A stretch of 64,000 bases of DNA from Octopus sinensis (GCF_006345805.1 NC_043003.1:107446001-107510000), one strand, 5' to 3'. Numbered from the stretch's first letter, positions 12,527 to 25,834 are shown. Program-made: numbers and translations. Notes: generated from the letters alone by a model not told the origin.

Positions 12527-13836
12527 ATCATCATCATCATCATCGTCGTTTAACGTCCGTTCTCCATGCTAGCATGGGTTGGACGGTTCGACCGGGGTTC
12601 TGGGAAGCCAGAAGGCTGCACCAGGCTCCAGTCTAATTTGGCAATGTTTCTACAGCTGGATGCCCTTCCTAACGCCAACCACTCCGTGAGTGTAGTGGTG
12701 CTTTTTACGTGCCACCTGCACAGGTGCCAGGCGGGGCTGGCAACGGCCACGGTCAGATTGGTGTATTTTATGTGCCACCGCACGGAAGCCAGTCGAGGCG
12801 GTTGCTGGCATCGGCCACGAGCGTGATAGTGCTTTTTAACGTACCACCAGACCAGGGATCCTGGCTGGTTCATTCGATTTCGATTTCGCTTGCCCCAACA
12901 TGTCTTCACAAGCAAAGGGGGTTGGCAAGGGTGCCTGTCGTACGGTCGCATTGGAGTATTTTACGTGCCACGGCCACGAGTCGGATAGTGCTTTACGTAC
13001 CACCAGACCAGGGATACTGGCTGGTTCAATTCGATTTCGATTTCGCTTGCCCCAACATGTCTTCACAAGCAAAGGGGGTTGGCATGGGTGCCTGTCGTAC
13101 GGTCGCATTGGAGTATTTTACGTGCCACGGCCACGAGTCGGATAGTGCTTTACGTACCACCAGACCAGGGATCCTGGCTGGTTCAATTCGATTTCGATTT
13201 CGCTTGCCCCAACATGTCTTCACAAGCAAAGGGGGTTGGCATGGGTGCCTGTCGTACGGTCGCATTGGAGTATTTTACGTGCCACGGCCCCGAGTCGGAT
13301 AGTGCTTTTTACGTACCACCAGGCCAGGGATCCTGGCTGGTTCAATTCGGTTTCGATTTCGATTTCGATTTCGCTTGCCCCAACATGTCTTCGCAAGCAT
13401 GGGGGGTTGGGATGGGTGTCTGTCGTCGGATGAGGTTCTATATCGACTTCGCTTGCCTCAACCGGTCTTTGTGTCCAAGGGAGGAAAGGCATTCATAAGT
13501 GGGCTGGGCTCACTTGTCCTGCCTGGTCTTCTCACGTACAGAATATTTCCAAAGGTCTCGTCTCTGGTCATTTCCTCAGTGAGGCCTAAAGTTCGAAGGT
13601 CGTGCTTCACCACCTCGTCCAGTTTTCCTGGGTCTACCTCTTCCACGGGTTCCCTCAACTGCTAGGGATTGGCACTTTCTCACACACCTATCTTCATCCA
13701 TTCTCGCCACATGACCATACCAGCGCAATCGTCTCTCTTGCACACCACAACTGATGCTTCTTAGGTACAACATTTCTCTCAAGGTGCTAACGCTCTGTCG
13801 AGTATGTACACTGACATTACACATCCATCGGAGCAA
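12527..13836 (-). mobile_element. RTE-clade LINE, 5'-truncated 3' end (copy 1 of tandem duplication)
   Basis: Minus strand MLRWMCNVSV...RLRWYGHVARMDEDRCVRKC...RGRGRPRKT; 3' UTR; (GAT)n tail. Confidence 0.9.
12841..13380. repeat. ~157-bp tandem repeat (x3.5) in the RTE 3' UTR
   Basis: gtaccaccag(a/g)ccagggat recurs at 12841, 12997, 13154 and 13313; the same array recurs 1366 bp downstream. Confidence 0.9.
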
Positions 13837-13892
13837 TGATAGTTTTCATTGTTATTTTCATATTTGTGTATGTCTATGTGTTTGTGATTATC

Positions 13893-15202
13893 ACCATCAT
13901 CATCATCATCGTCGTTTAACGTCCGTTCTCCATGCTAGCATGGGTTGGACGGTTCGACCGGGGTTCTGGGAAGCCAGAAGGCTGCACCAGGCTCCAGTCT
14001 AATTTGGCAATGTTTCTACAGCTGGATGCCCTTCCTAACGCCAACCACTCCGTGAGTGTAGTGGTGCTTTTTACGTGCCACCTGCACAGGTGCCAGGCGG
14101 GGCTGGCAACGGCCACGGTCAGATTGGTGTATTTTATGTGCCACCGCACGGAAGCCAGTCGAGGCGGTTGCTGGCATCGGCCACGAGCGTGATAGTGCTT
14201 TTTAACGTACCACCAGACCAGGGATCCTGGCTGGTTCATTCGATTTCGATTTCGCTTGCCCCAACATGTCTTCACAAGCAAAGGGGGTTGGCAAGGGTGC
14301 CTGTCGTACGGTCGCATTGGAGTATTTTACGTGCCACGGCCACGAGTCGGATAGTGCTTTACGAACCACCAGACCAGGGATACTGGCTGGTTCAATTCGA
14401 TTTCGATTTCGCTTGCCCCAACATGTCTTCACAAGCAAAGGGGGTTGGCATGGGTGCCTGTCGTACGGTCGCATTGGAGTATTTTACGTGCCACGGCCAC
14501 GAGTCGGATAGTGCTTTACGTACCACCAGACCAGGGATCCTGGCTGGTTCAATTCGATTTCGATTTCGCTTGCCCCAACATGTCTTCACAAGCAAAGGGG
14601 GTTGGCATGGGTGCCTGTCGTACGGTCGCATTGGAGTATTTTACGTGCCACGGCCCCGAGTCGGATAGTGCTTTTTACGTACCACCAGGCCAGGGATCCT
14701 GGCTGGTTCAATTCGGTTTCGATTTCGATTTCGATTTCGCTTGCCCCAACATGTCTTCGCAAGCATGGGGGGTTGGGATGGGTGTCTGTCGTCGGATGAG
14801 GTTCTATATCGACTTCGCTTGCCTCAACCGGTCTTTGTGTCCAAGGGAGGAAAGGCATTCATAAGTGGGCTGGGCTCACTTGTCCTGCCTGGTCTTCTCA
14901 CGTACAGAATATTTCCAAAGGTCTCGTCTCTGGTCATTTCCTCAGTGAGGCCTAAAGTTCGAAGGTCGTGCTTCACCACCTCGTCCAGTTTTCCTGGGTC
15001 TACCTCTTCCACGGGTTCCCTCAACTGCTAGGGATTGGCACTTTCTCACACACCTATCTTCATCCATTCTCGCCACATGACCATACCAGCGCAATCGTCT
15101 CTCTTGCACACCACAACTGATGCTTCTTAGGTACAACATTTCTCTCAAGGTGCTAACGCTCTGTCGAGTATGTACACTGACATTACACATCCATCGGAGC
15201 AA
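13893..15202 (-). mobile_element. RTE-clade LINE 3' end (copy 2 of 1366-bp tandem duplication)
   Basis: Same ORFs offset by exactly 1366 bp; one difference spotted (YVPP vs YEPP). Confidence 0.9.
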
Positions 15203-15254
15203 TGATAGTTTTCATTGTTATTTTCATATTTGTGTATGTCTATGTGTTTGTGCA

Positions 15255-17112
15255 TTATCACCATCATCATTAGCATCATTTAACATCCGCTCTCCATACT
15301 GGCATGTGTCGGCTGGTTTGACAGGAGCTTATGAGTCGGTGAGCTGCCCCACGTTCCTGTCTGATTTGGCATGGTTTCTACAGCTCGATGTCCTTGCTAA
15401 TGCCGACCACCACAGGTGTGTAACTGGTGCTTTCACATGCCACTGGCACAGGTGCCACTTGCATGACACCGACAATGGCCACGACTACGATTCACGGATG
15501 GTTGCCATCTAAATGGCACCACCAACGACTTTAATTCCCAGGTGCCAATTTACATGGCACCATCAGTGGCCACAATTACGATACCCAGGTGTCATTTGAC
15601 ATGGCACCGGAAGCGAATGGCCACGGGTATAATGCACGGGTGCCACTTATAGGACACTGGCACGGCCACATCCTTATCGTCACTTGGCCTGACATGTCCT
15701 CTCCCGCAGAGAATATCACCAGGGCTCTCGGTCACTTGTCATCTCCTCCATGATGCCCAACGGTTGGAAATCATTCTTCATCAACTCATCGCAAGTCTTC
15801 TTGGGTCTCCGTCTTCCAAAGGATCCTTCCACAGTTAGAGAGCGGCACTTTTTACACAGCTGTCCATGTCCATACACATCGCAAGACCATACCAACACAG
15901 ACGTCTCTCTTGCACACCCCATTTGATGTCTCCAATGCCCAGCTTTTCTCTCAAGGCCCCCATACTCTGTCGTACATGCACACTGACTTTGTACATCCAG
16001 CGAGGCATACTGGCTTCATTTCTTTCAAGCCTATGGAAGTCCTCAGAAGTCACATCCCATGTTTCATCGACATGTAACATAGTTGTTTACACACAGGCAT
16101 CATAACGTCTGCCTTTCAATCACAGGGAGACGTTCTTTGTTACCATTAGAGTTAAGATCACTCTGAACTTTGTACATCTTATACTTATTCTTGCAGCTAC
16201 ACTCATGGAGCAATCAACCACACTCCTGACTTGGCCACCTAGATAGCGGAAACTATCAACTACCAGTAGCTTACCTACCTGCCAATTGATGGGCTCTATT
16301 TTCTCTACACTTGTGCTGTTTATTGTACCTGTGCACCTTCCACACAAAAAAATATTATCCCTGTTAACCTTCCTCTGATATTGCTGCAACACTTATGTGT
16401 CCATACCTTACACTGGGTACATCTTATGAACTTCCTCCCCATGCTTTTTCTACAGATCGAACAGTGCCATCTTCCTGAGGGGATTTGTGATTTGTCCGCT
16501 TTCCTACTTACTGAGACTGGCTTTTGTTAGATTAAGTTTAAGGCCCTTTGATTCTAGTCCTTACTGAAATTTACCTAGTTCTGGAAGTTATTCGGCTATG
16601 ATAACAAGGTCATCAGCATTGGGGATCTCCTAGAAGCAGTTCATCTTAAATCCCTCTGTTATTGCCTGGAGGACTCTGATAAACAGGAAGGAGCTGAGGA
16701 CTAATCCATGGTGAACCCCTACTTGTACCCTAATTGATTGCTACACACGATGCCAAACCTCACCTTACTGACAGCATCCCTGTACATGGCTTGTAACGCT
16801 CTCACCAACCATTCGTCCATCCCTAGTTTTTGCAGTGACCAGCAAATAAGGGATCAAGGGATTCTATCAAAGCCTTTCTCCATGTTTAACAAATGCCAAG
16901 TACAAGGGTTTATCTTCAGCTAGGTACTTCTCCTGCAGCTGCCTTACCAGGAATATAGCATCAGAGGTGCTTCGCTCTGGCACAAAACCAAATTGCACTT
17001 CTTCTTGTCTAACACCCGTCCTAATTATTTGGTCTGTGACCCTCTCAATAATTTTCATTGCTTCATCTAATAGTGTGATACCTCTGTAATTCTTTCCGTG
17101 CAAGGCATCATC
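15255..17112 (-). mobile_element. Older, degenerate RTE-clade LINE (RT domain to tail)
   Basis: NYRGITLLDEAMKIIERV...QFGFVPERSTSDAIFLVRQLQEKYLAEDKPLYLAFV; FRYLGGQV; multiple stops and frameshifts; (GAT)n-like tail at ~15255. Confidence 0.85.
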
Positions 17113-17289
17113 CTCTCTGTATGTGTGTGTGAGCGTGTGTGTGTATTTGTAATTATTTGGAATTTGTGTATACATTTAGAAGTATGCCGCTTAAAGATCT
17201 TTCGCTGTTTCGGTTACCTCATGTCATCCACAGTTGAGCTATAAGTGACACTGGATCTACCTCATGTATTCTGCAGTGTTCGTTCAGTT

Positions 17290-17750
17290 TATAATGAATG
17301 AGGGAAGCAGAAAATGGAGTTAACGAGAATTTTTATTCATCGCAACGATTGTTTCAATCCATCTTGCATCGGTCCCTTGCAGGTAGGATATTGTATAATT
17401 GTTGTGGTACATCCTCCAGTGCAGATGCATGTCATCGGGTGTCTTCTTTTAAAGAAGATACCTCTGTAAATATATTCGGTTACGCTTGGAATGTTGTTGT
17501 TGCCAGGAGGCTGTTGTCTCTCATGTTGTAATCCAAGAAGCTTCTAGCAACAACATGTCAAGTGAAACTGAATATATTTAGTGAGGTATCTTTACATTAA
17601 AACAAGGCACCCGATGAGATGCATCTGCACTGGAGGATGCAACACAACACGTTGTATAGTAGCCCACCCGCAAGCGACCGATGCAAGATGGGTCGAAACG
17701 GTCGTTGTGATGCATATTCTCATGAACTCCGTTTCCCCAATTCATTATAT
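17290..17750. mobile_element. Long-TIR foldback MITE, TA-flanked (Tc1/mariner-type by inference)
   Basis: Arms ~17290-17464 and ~17583-17750 are diverged reverse complements (e.g. catcctccagtgcagatgcat / atgcatctgcactggaggatg). Confidence 0.7.
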
Positions 17751-18164
17751 GTATTTATATATGTAACACTGATGTTTATGTGTGTGTGCGTGCGTGCACA
17801 TTAGTTTTATGCATGTGGACGCTAACCGGCTCAGCAGTTTTATGAACCCCTTATTAATGTAGCAACATCAAAATTACACATTAGAAATTATAATTCTTCT
17901 TTACTTGACTTGATCTGCTAATCATGTGTTTACTCTAGTTCTGTTGCCCTATAACTTACTATAGTGAGGGGCAAATGTAGGACATCTTAATATGTTTATC
18001 ATGTCTCTAACACATACATGTATCAGGTTATAGAAGATCCTTATGGAAAATTTATTTCACTGACAAACATCAAATGTATTTGATCAGTTTGAAAACTGTA
18101 ATGACATTGATATCAACCCTGATTTTCATGTAAATTTTCATTTTCCATTTATACCTCCACAAAG

Positions 18165-18361
18165 GATTCAGTGAATTTAGAAATTGTGAACAAAAAATAT
18201 AGGACACCATTGCTTGAAGCTGTCTCGGACGGTCACCTCGGAATAATTCAGAGGCTGATAGCCAGGGGTGTGAATGTAAATGCTGTCGACCATGGAGAAA
18301 ATAATTGCCTGCACCTGGCGTTAGCAACCAAAGAATTTCATTCTGAGGTGGAGCACATAAG
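18165..18361 (+). CDS. Ankyrin-RING-death-domain gene exon (ankyrin)
   Basis: cctccacaaAG acceptor, GTAAGT donor; DSVNLEIVNKKYRTPLLEAVSDGHLGIIQRLIARGVNVNAVDHGENNCLHLAL; phase 0 start fits 10771. Confidence 0.88.
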
Positions 18362-18627
18362 GTAAGTTTTAAAATTATTTGTGAATAAATATATGTGTAT
18401 TTGTGTGTGTTTGAGTGAGAGAGAGAGAGAGAGCGAAACATAGATGTTGCTTGTCACGTGTCAATACACATCTATCAACCCAGTCCTCCATTACCATTTC
18501 GTGATCCAATCTTTCCTGCTAAAACTAGTTGTATTATGTAACAAACGATATTCCATCTTCTTCCACCCTCAAAGGTATCGTCTCTCAACGGTGGAGAAGT
18601 CTGATATGTTGTCCAATATAAATACAT

Positions 18628-18779
18628 ATTTCTTTACTACCCACAAGGGGCTAAACACAGAGGGGACAAACAAGGACAGACAAACGGATTAAGTCGATTA
18701 TATCGACCCAGTGTGTAACTGGTACTTATTTAATCGACCCTGAAAGGATGAAAGGCAAAGTCGACCTCGGCGGAATTTG
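18628..18779 (-). mobile_element. tRNA-derived SINE (family C, Meta-domain-like), 5'-truncated
   Basis: tttctttactacccacaaggggctaaac...gaaaggatgaaaggcaaagtcgacctcggcggaatttga; same as 44394 and 45451. Confidence 0.8.
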
Positions 18780-19836
18780 AAGCTTTGTGATTGAATTCGG
18801 TGGGCGGAAGTTACTGCCGTGTGTGTATATGTGCGTATAGCTGCTCAGTGCCTCTCCGAAAGAGAGAGGGGGAAATACAGCCATCACACTGTGAAGGAGA
18901 GGTGACCTATTGGGGAGAGGAGATATCCTCAAATATCAATATTACAGGGTAGAAGAGGGGTCAGTATGACATGATAGACGATAACATTTATAGTGCTGGC
19001 ACCGTGATAAATAGATCCAGTCCATTCTACGAGGAATTCGTCCTGAAACAGCTCTCTATTATACTTCTTTTATACCATTCATATGCTCTGACATCTTGTG
19101 GAAATGTCACAACATTGTTGAATTTTAGAACATTAGAGAATGCGTGCAATGACACAAGGTCCTTCCTGTGTTTATTTGTACTTATGTACTTAGGTTTTGT
19201 ATGTACAAATACGTATATTCATATACAAAGACACCAACATCTATCCATCGGTAGATCTGATGTTGTCAACTGTTTCTTTCCCATATAAATAAAAGTCACT
19301 ACAGATGTGTGAATCTATTTCAGACTGTTGATGGTCATCTGTAAATTGTAATAATGCCTCCTTTGGTGACATGGACCTCCTCCGGTACCCATGATCAGTT
19401 TAATAACTACAATGTGTTGGTGTGCTGCCTCAACTGTGACACTAATTCCTACTTCCTTTATTTCACCTTCATCATCCAAAGATGTTTATTAATTAATTAT
19501 GGAAACATTATTGATATGTTTGGATATGTCTGTGTGATATTGATTTTGTTATGTCTGAAGAAATTACTATGTTGTAGTTGTTCTCTTTCCTGATATAACT
19601 TACATTGTTGTCATGTTGTGTTATATTTATATATAACACAAAAAATGTAGCTTGTCATGCTTCCATAAGTATTTCGTTTGGTATGACCAGGCAGTGTTTT
19701 GTATTTGATTATTTTGATATTTGTTCCATTATATTTCCTCTTCTTGACATGAAGCTATGATTTTGTTTCTCTATCTATGTTCGTTTATTATTGAACTTAT
19801 CTTTATATATATATTACAACATTTCAACCGATGTAG

Positions 19837-20012
19837 TGGTCCTGGAAACTCTCTTTGAAGACGAAAGATAGGCTCTGTTCTACAATAGTTGCTAGTTACC
19901 TATTCGAATCGGGAGCCACTTTTTATCAGAAAAATATGGAGGGTAGGTCACCACTGGACCTCATCAAGGATGGAAATTTGAAAGAAAAATTAAAAACCTT
20001 TTTATCACCAGC
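19837..20012 (+). CDS. Ankyrin-RING-death-domain gene exon (degenerate last ankyrin repeat and linker)
   Basis: tAG acceptor, GTAAGT donor; WSWKLSLKTKDRLCSTIVASYLFESGATFYQKNMEGRSPLDLIKDGNLKEKLKTFLSP; phase 0 to 2, and the 3' phase fits the RING exon. Confidence 0.75.
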
Positions 20013-20262
20013 GTAAGTATTTCTTGGCAATGACAAGATAAACCAGTATATTTCCTATTTTTTATATAATCATGTCTATTTATTCGTTTACTTTTAATTC
20101 TAGCACTATATTGTATTGTCACTAGTATTAGCCATGCATTGGGATATATCTGTCTGCGCAATATCTTTCTTCTGTGTCCCAGTCAGTCATCATATGCAAG
20201 CTTTCATCCTAAAATAATCTACAAACACGCACTAACAGTATATATATATATATATATATATA

Positions 20263-21385
20263 CATGGTGTGTAAGATATTTGAGGACAGATTTATGTTTA
20301 TAAAAAAGCAGATATATAATAAAAGATAATAACTTTATTTATCAAAAATGCTTTCAGGATAAAAATAAACCTTCTTTTCTATAATGTTATTCAATAACGC
20401 CATCTTCAGCTTTAACAACTGCTTCTATATGAGATCTAAATCATCTACATACTCGAATCAAATGGTCCTGGTTCATTTTGAACATTACTCTGACTATGGC
20501 AGCTTGCAAAGAATTTTGAGTTATGAGCGTGATTATCGTTCGCTCTCTCTCTCTCGTTCTCTCAACAACTCTCCATGTGTAACAGTCCAATGATTGAGAT
20601 CTGGTGAATTAAGAGGCCAAATGTTAGGGGTTATATGATCATGAAAATTTTCGACCATCTATTCTTTAGTTACTAGAGCCATGTATAATAGTGCAGTCTT
20701 ACTGAAACACATAAGGCCCCATTGCATACACTGTCTATTCAGGGTTTAACAATAGTTTTCAGGACCTGACGGTAGGTGGGAGAGTTAGCTCTAAGGCCTT
20801 GTGGAAAGAATTAAGGTGGCATAACTTGTCCTTCATAGCTGACAAGAAATACCAAATCAAATCTTCTTCAGCTGGATTTTTCAGTTTGTTCAAGATACTT
20901 TTAGATTTGATGTAGTGATTTTCTTTTGCTTTTTCTGACAAATCAAATAAGATATATATCTGATGTCTTCGTGGACAACATTTCTAACTGTTCCTTCTGA
21001 CACATGGAGATCTTTTGCAATTGAACTCATGGACTTTCTGGGTTTGTAATCAATGGTCTGTTGAACTTGGTGGATAAATTCAGGTGTTCTGATGATTTCA
21101 GAGCGTTTAGAATGCATTTGATGCTTTGATACTGGTGATACATTTTCATCTGCAGTCTCTAACTCCTTACAAACTTTGTAGATGAAAGATCTGGCAACTT
21201 TTAAAAATTGAGATATTTCTAAATCGCTATGCTCGGCCATTACAACCACAATAACAGCATGTCTCTTTATTTCTTGAGTAAGCTGAGGGTCTGCCATTAT
21301 TAAATTCTGAAACAAAGTTTATACAGTGTTGCACGTTGTTCAATATCCTCAGACCAAATCGCATCACTTTTCCATGTTGTGTAGA
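20263..21385 (-). mobile_element. maT/DD37D-type Tc1-mariner relic with internal deletion
   Basis: N-terminus QEIKRHAVIV...SIAKDLHVSEGTVRNVVHEDIRY; minus-strand IWPLNSPDLN motif near 20600; C-terminus DHLIRVCR*FRSHIEAVVKAEDGVIE* near 20390-20480. Confidence 0.8.
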
Positions 21386-22013
21386 GTCTTGATACAAAGG
21401 AGCTACAATACATATCCTCAGGTGATATATAAGGATGAAACCAATATGCAATTTTATTTTCATATTTAGCATTATCAGAGGCAAAACCGTATGCACATAC
21501 CTGAGAAGGAGGTTTAATCCAAATAGTCTGAGTTTTGATCCAATCAACGGAGGTAGGGGACATATTTTGGAGGAACACAGTTAAAGTGAACAAGTTGTAG
21601 ATCAATGGAAGCTTCAGCCATACGAATGAAGATTGCATCATGTCTGTCAGCTTCAGTGACTTTCTCAATGGGCCTGGATTCAGCTCTCACTAGGGGCAAG
21701 TTTGTATGCTGAGCATTCTGTTATGATCCTTCATTTTGCAGTTCTGTAAGGATTTTTGAGATTAATATCCTTTAGAACAAATGTCCGAAATTTCCCCATG
21801 CATGGTCAGATTTTAGTTGGCAAAACTTGTAGAAGATACGTGAGTCAGGCCCTGAAATGACCAATACGGTAGTTGGACCATTTCCTCCAGTCCTTCAGTC
21901 ATAGGACCATTATGTACCTTCTATTGGTCTGGGACCATCTTGAGGTTATTGCTACATTAATGCCAGATAGAAATATAACGATTACTGCACATTAATGTGT
22001 TCTCAAATTATGT

Positions 22014-22045
<32 letters not shown>

Positions 22046-22598
22046 ACACACACACATGTATGTATTAAAAATGATTTTCAAGGCATTGTTCTATTTTAGA
22101 ACTATGACTTGTTTTGTTACATAGTGTATCTATAAAGGAAGCCATGGCAATTGTGTTCTCTCTGCCTATCTATAAAATTTGAAATCAAATATCAAAGTAC
22201 AGAACGCTTGTTAAATAGATTAGATGCAATAAAGTATTTGTTATATACACGTTTAAGAAAGTGTAATTACACAAATGAGCTTGTGTTCATTCATGTGTTT
22301 ATTCAAAAGAAATGGAGTCTATGCTAGAATTGACGTATATTTCTTCAATATATGTATCCCATTGTGTTTTTGCGATTTTAGACGTGTCACAGTCAATCAC
22401 ATATTTATCAATATGTGTATAATTAAATATATATATGCATTTGCATGTGTGCACTGTTCATACACACACAAATCTGTTTGAATGTAATTGTTAAAAGAAA
22501 TCTCTTTCTAATGTAGTCTTACTCTTCATTGTAATGTCTCGTAATATTCTCTACTCTGAACAGGTACACAATGTAATCTTTATTATTTTGTTCTACAG

Positions 22599-22741
22599 AT
22601 GTACATATTGTCAAGTGATGTATGCCTCTTCCGAATTCAAGCCCTGTGAACATATAGTCCTATGTCCTGATTGTTATATCAGAATTAAGGGGGAATCATG
22701 CCTCACTTGTCATCAGCCAATAAGTAGTGTGAGAGAATTTG
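22599..22741 (+). CDS. RING finger exon (C3HC4, MIB/IAP-like spacing)
   Basis: ttctacAG acceptor, GTAAGA donor; CTYC-x10-PCEHIVLCPDC-x8-CLTC; phase 2 to 1. Confidence 0.9.
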
Positions 22742-22984
22742 GTAAGAAAACTATTTGATAATCTGTCTGTTTGTCTCATTGACTTTATGATATATAATAC
22801 GTATATATAGTATTTAATGTGCTTCAGAATTGTCGTTAGACCCAGATCTGCCATAATCTGGCAGATTAATGTTGAAAGATGTTCCAGGTGTCATTTCTCT
22901 GTGATAGTGTATCTCTCACTACATCCACAAAACATTGTCTTTATCCAAATAGAAGACTTGTCACATTTCAAGAGGGTTCTGCAC

Positions 22985-23088
22985 AAGACTAATGAATCAT
23001 GCCGCAACATAAAACTAATGAATCATGCTGCAACATAAGACTAAAGAATCATGTTGCAACATAAGACTAATGAATGATACAGCAATAT
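22985..23088. repeat. 26-bp minisatellite x4
   Basis: aagactaatgaatcatgctgcaacat variants at 22985, 23011, 23037 and 23063. Confidence 0.85.
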
Positions 23089-24071
23089 TACTAGTAACTC
23101 ACTGAAATATCAGTACATCCGTTTTTATATCAGTAAACACCAATTTCTAACAATTGATTGTGAGTCATCAAAGTTGATTAATGATTTATCAGTATCTAGG
23201 GAAGATGATGATTAAAGACAAAGATATTCCCAAGAACATCATTTCGAGCTTTGCTGAAGTAAGATATTTAATCATAAAATCTCAGCTGAGAGTTTGAGAA
23301 CCAACATTAGAAAGTTTGACTGTTAAATCGGTTGTTCTGTGTAGGTGTAAATACTGGCAACTTGTAAAAAACGACATGGATATTTTATAAAGTTGTCCTC
23401 CGGAAATACATAAAGATCTCAAATAATTGCTTGATATGAGATATCATCTCTTGCGGTATATACAATGAAGGTCTCATCTTCGAATATATACTCTAGAAAG
23501 TAAATAAAACAAAATTGAATATTAACTCTGTATTAGAATATTGATCATTAAATGGCTATTTTGTTCTGTCTTGTAAGGGTGATAATACCCAATTCTGCTG
23601 CTGGAACTTCGATTCAGCTTTTGAAATATCAGATTCGAACACACAACTACTCATTTAATTTTCCATTGATATCACTGTTAATCTCTACGTTTTCTCTTTC
23701 GTTTCTTATATCTGTGCCAGATCTATGATATGGCATTGTTCTCTCACCTCTAGACTTCCCAAACCAACATTTTCCTATCTTCTGCTTGATTCTAATGTCA
23801 ACCAAGTTGGTCACTGTTAGATTATGTAGGATGTCTTAATAGGCAGCGGAGATTTAAGAAGATTAGAGATTTAAGAGTTAAGAAGGTTAGAAGGTTATTT
23901 TGTTGTGCACCTAAATATTGACCTATTAAATGGTAACACTGTTGAATCTATCAGAATGTTGACCAAAACCACTATGGTCACCAGTTGTTCTTTATGATAG
24001 GAATGGCTCACAATAATATAGATTATTAAGATTTTTCTATAAAGTATAAAACTTGAAAACACATATCTCAG

Positions 24072-24122
24072 GGAGTCCAAAGTTTAAAGACAAAGAAGCC
24101 AAGATGATGGCAGGGGCAGTTA
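24072..24122 (+). CDS. Candidate 51-bp symmetric cassette exon (linker)
   Basis: tatctcAG acceptor, GTGAGT donor; (G)SPKFKDKEAKMMAGAV; phase 1 to 1; the upstream intron is homologous to that of exon 28403. Confidence 0.6.
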
Positions 24123-24196
24123 GTGAGTATAAATTAAAAGTACCTTATAGATTTCTATAAATTAACAGTACCTTATCACCGTTATTACTGTGACTG

Positions 24197-24488
24197 ACCA
24201 GGCTATCAGATGTTGCTACACATCGCTGGTTACAATGCGCTTCGCATTGAGTTAGCCTTCAAGTGACGCCACCCCGATGGCTAAGCGAGCAGGCCAACAG
24301 AAGAAAGAGTGAGATAATGTTGTGGAGAAAGTGAACAGCAGGGATCGCTACAACCCCCCAGCTGGAGCCTCATGGAACTTTAGGAGTTTTCGCTCAATAA
24401 ACACTCACGGCGTCCGGTCTGGGAATCGAAACCGCGATCCTATAACCACGAGTTCACTGCCCTAACCACTGGGCTGTTGTGCCTCCAC
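24197..24488 (-). mobile_element. tRNA-derived SINE (family A head, different 3' tail)
   Basis: Same A/B-box head and body as 1703-2090; distinct 3' segment. Confidence 0.8.
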
Positions 24489-25834
24489 AACAGTACTTTA
24501 TAGATTACTATAGCATTTATCTTCGCCCGAGTGATTTTGCTTGACAGGCTGATCAGTAATTAGACGGTCCTCACTACTCTATGATGTTTTGGTTCACTGA
24601 AGCTGATGACATTTTCAGGAGGTGAGAAGGGAATGTGATGACAAAAGAATCAGGATGCGGGGAGAGAAATTTGCAATACCCCCTCTCCCGGCTGTGGGGT
24701 CTTTGTCTTACATGTCTTTTGGCTAAATATGCCAGTACTTGTGCTTTATAAAAAGGGGCCACGTACACTTTGTGAGGTAGTTGGGATCAATAAGAGCATC
24801 CTACCATAGAAAACCATGCCAAAGAAACCATCTGGGGCCTGGTGCAGTTGTCTGGCTTGTCAGATCCTGTCAAGATTTCCAACCCATTCCGGCATGGAAA
24901 ACAAACTTTGAATGTTGATGAAGATGATGATGATGCTGTCTTCCAGTGACTCATCAGAATTCTTTGTCTTAGATTGTTACAGTAGTTTCCTGTCTGGTAT
25001 AACATATTAGCTCAGTATAATAATATTGATTGGGAAAACCGGTTCAGTGATTTTGATAACATTCATATTGAACAGAGAACATATGTTCACATTTGAACAA
25101 AACATTGATGTTCACATATGCAATACATGGAAAGGAATGAACGTATGAGATTCCAGTGTGACTTGAACTCACAACTCTTTTCTAACTATATATATATATA
25201 TAATTATTGCTTGTTACGATGTTTGAATAACATTTACTGTCCATATATAGACATCGTTATACTGACAATTGTTGGCTTTGAGATGGTTTCAATTGTAAGA
25301 GAGTCACTGTTTTCAGTCTTTCACATTTTGGTTTTACTTCCGACTTGATTGTTATGTTGAAATTAGATCATGGAACCTGGTCATTGTTATTTGACTAAGA
25401 AAAGAATTCATCATTAGTATTCGGTACTGGAAATGGTTACATTTTTCTATGGTTTCTCATGGAACTACCATAATATCAACTGTGCTGAGACACAACCATA
25501 TTCATTGTAACAAATGTCACATGTTCTTCACACAGATTTTATACAATCTATATTGATAGTTAGTGTTTATATGCTGCATTAACATGATAATTAATCAGCT
25601 ACCATTCATTAACTCTCTTAAACTTGTCTGTCTGAAAGTTTCATAGCATTATCTTGTACCCTCATCTGATATTTTACACCTTGTTACCCTCAAAGTAAAC
25701 ATAACTTTTACATGGGTAAAATACGAACTAGTTTTTACAGCTGTATGCCCTTCCCACAATAATAAAGTGTTGATTATCAATAACTATAATGAAATTATAC
25801 TATAAAACGTAAAACTTGAAAATATTCATTTCAA

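Noticed and set aside
12841-13380. Regular repeats resembling a CRISPR array
   Set aside because: Contiguous tandem units without unique spacers, inside a eukaryotic LINE UTR; no cas genes.
18575-18590. 16-bp candidate micro-exon resolving the phase conflict (also ~19324-19333)
   Set aside because: Correct length class but weak donors and no sequence support.
23200-23258. Possible extra linker exon GKMMIKDKDIPKNIISSFAE
   Set aside because: Poor pyrimidine tract, and phase 1 to 0 would break the frame to the death domain.
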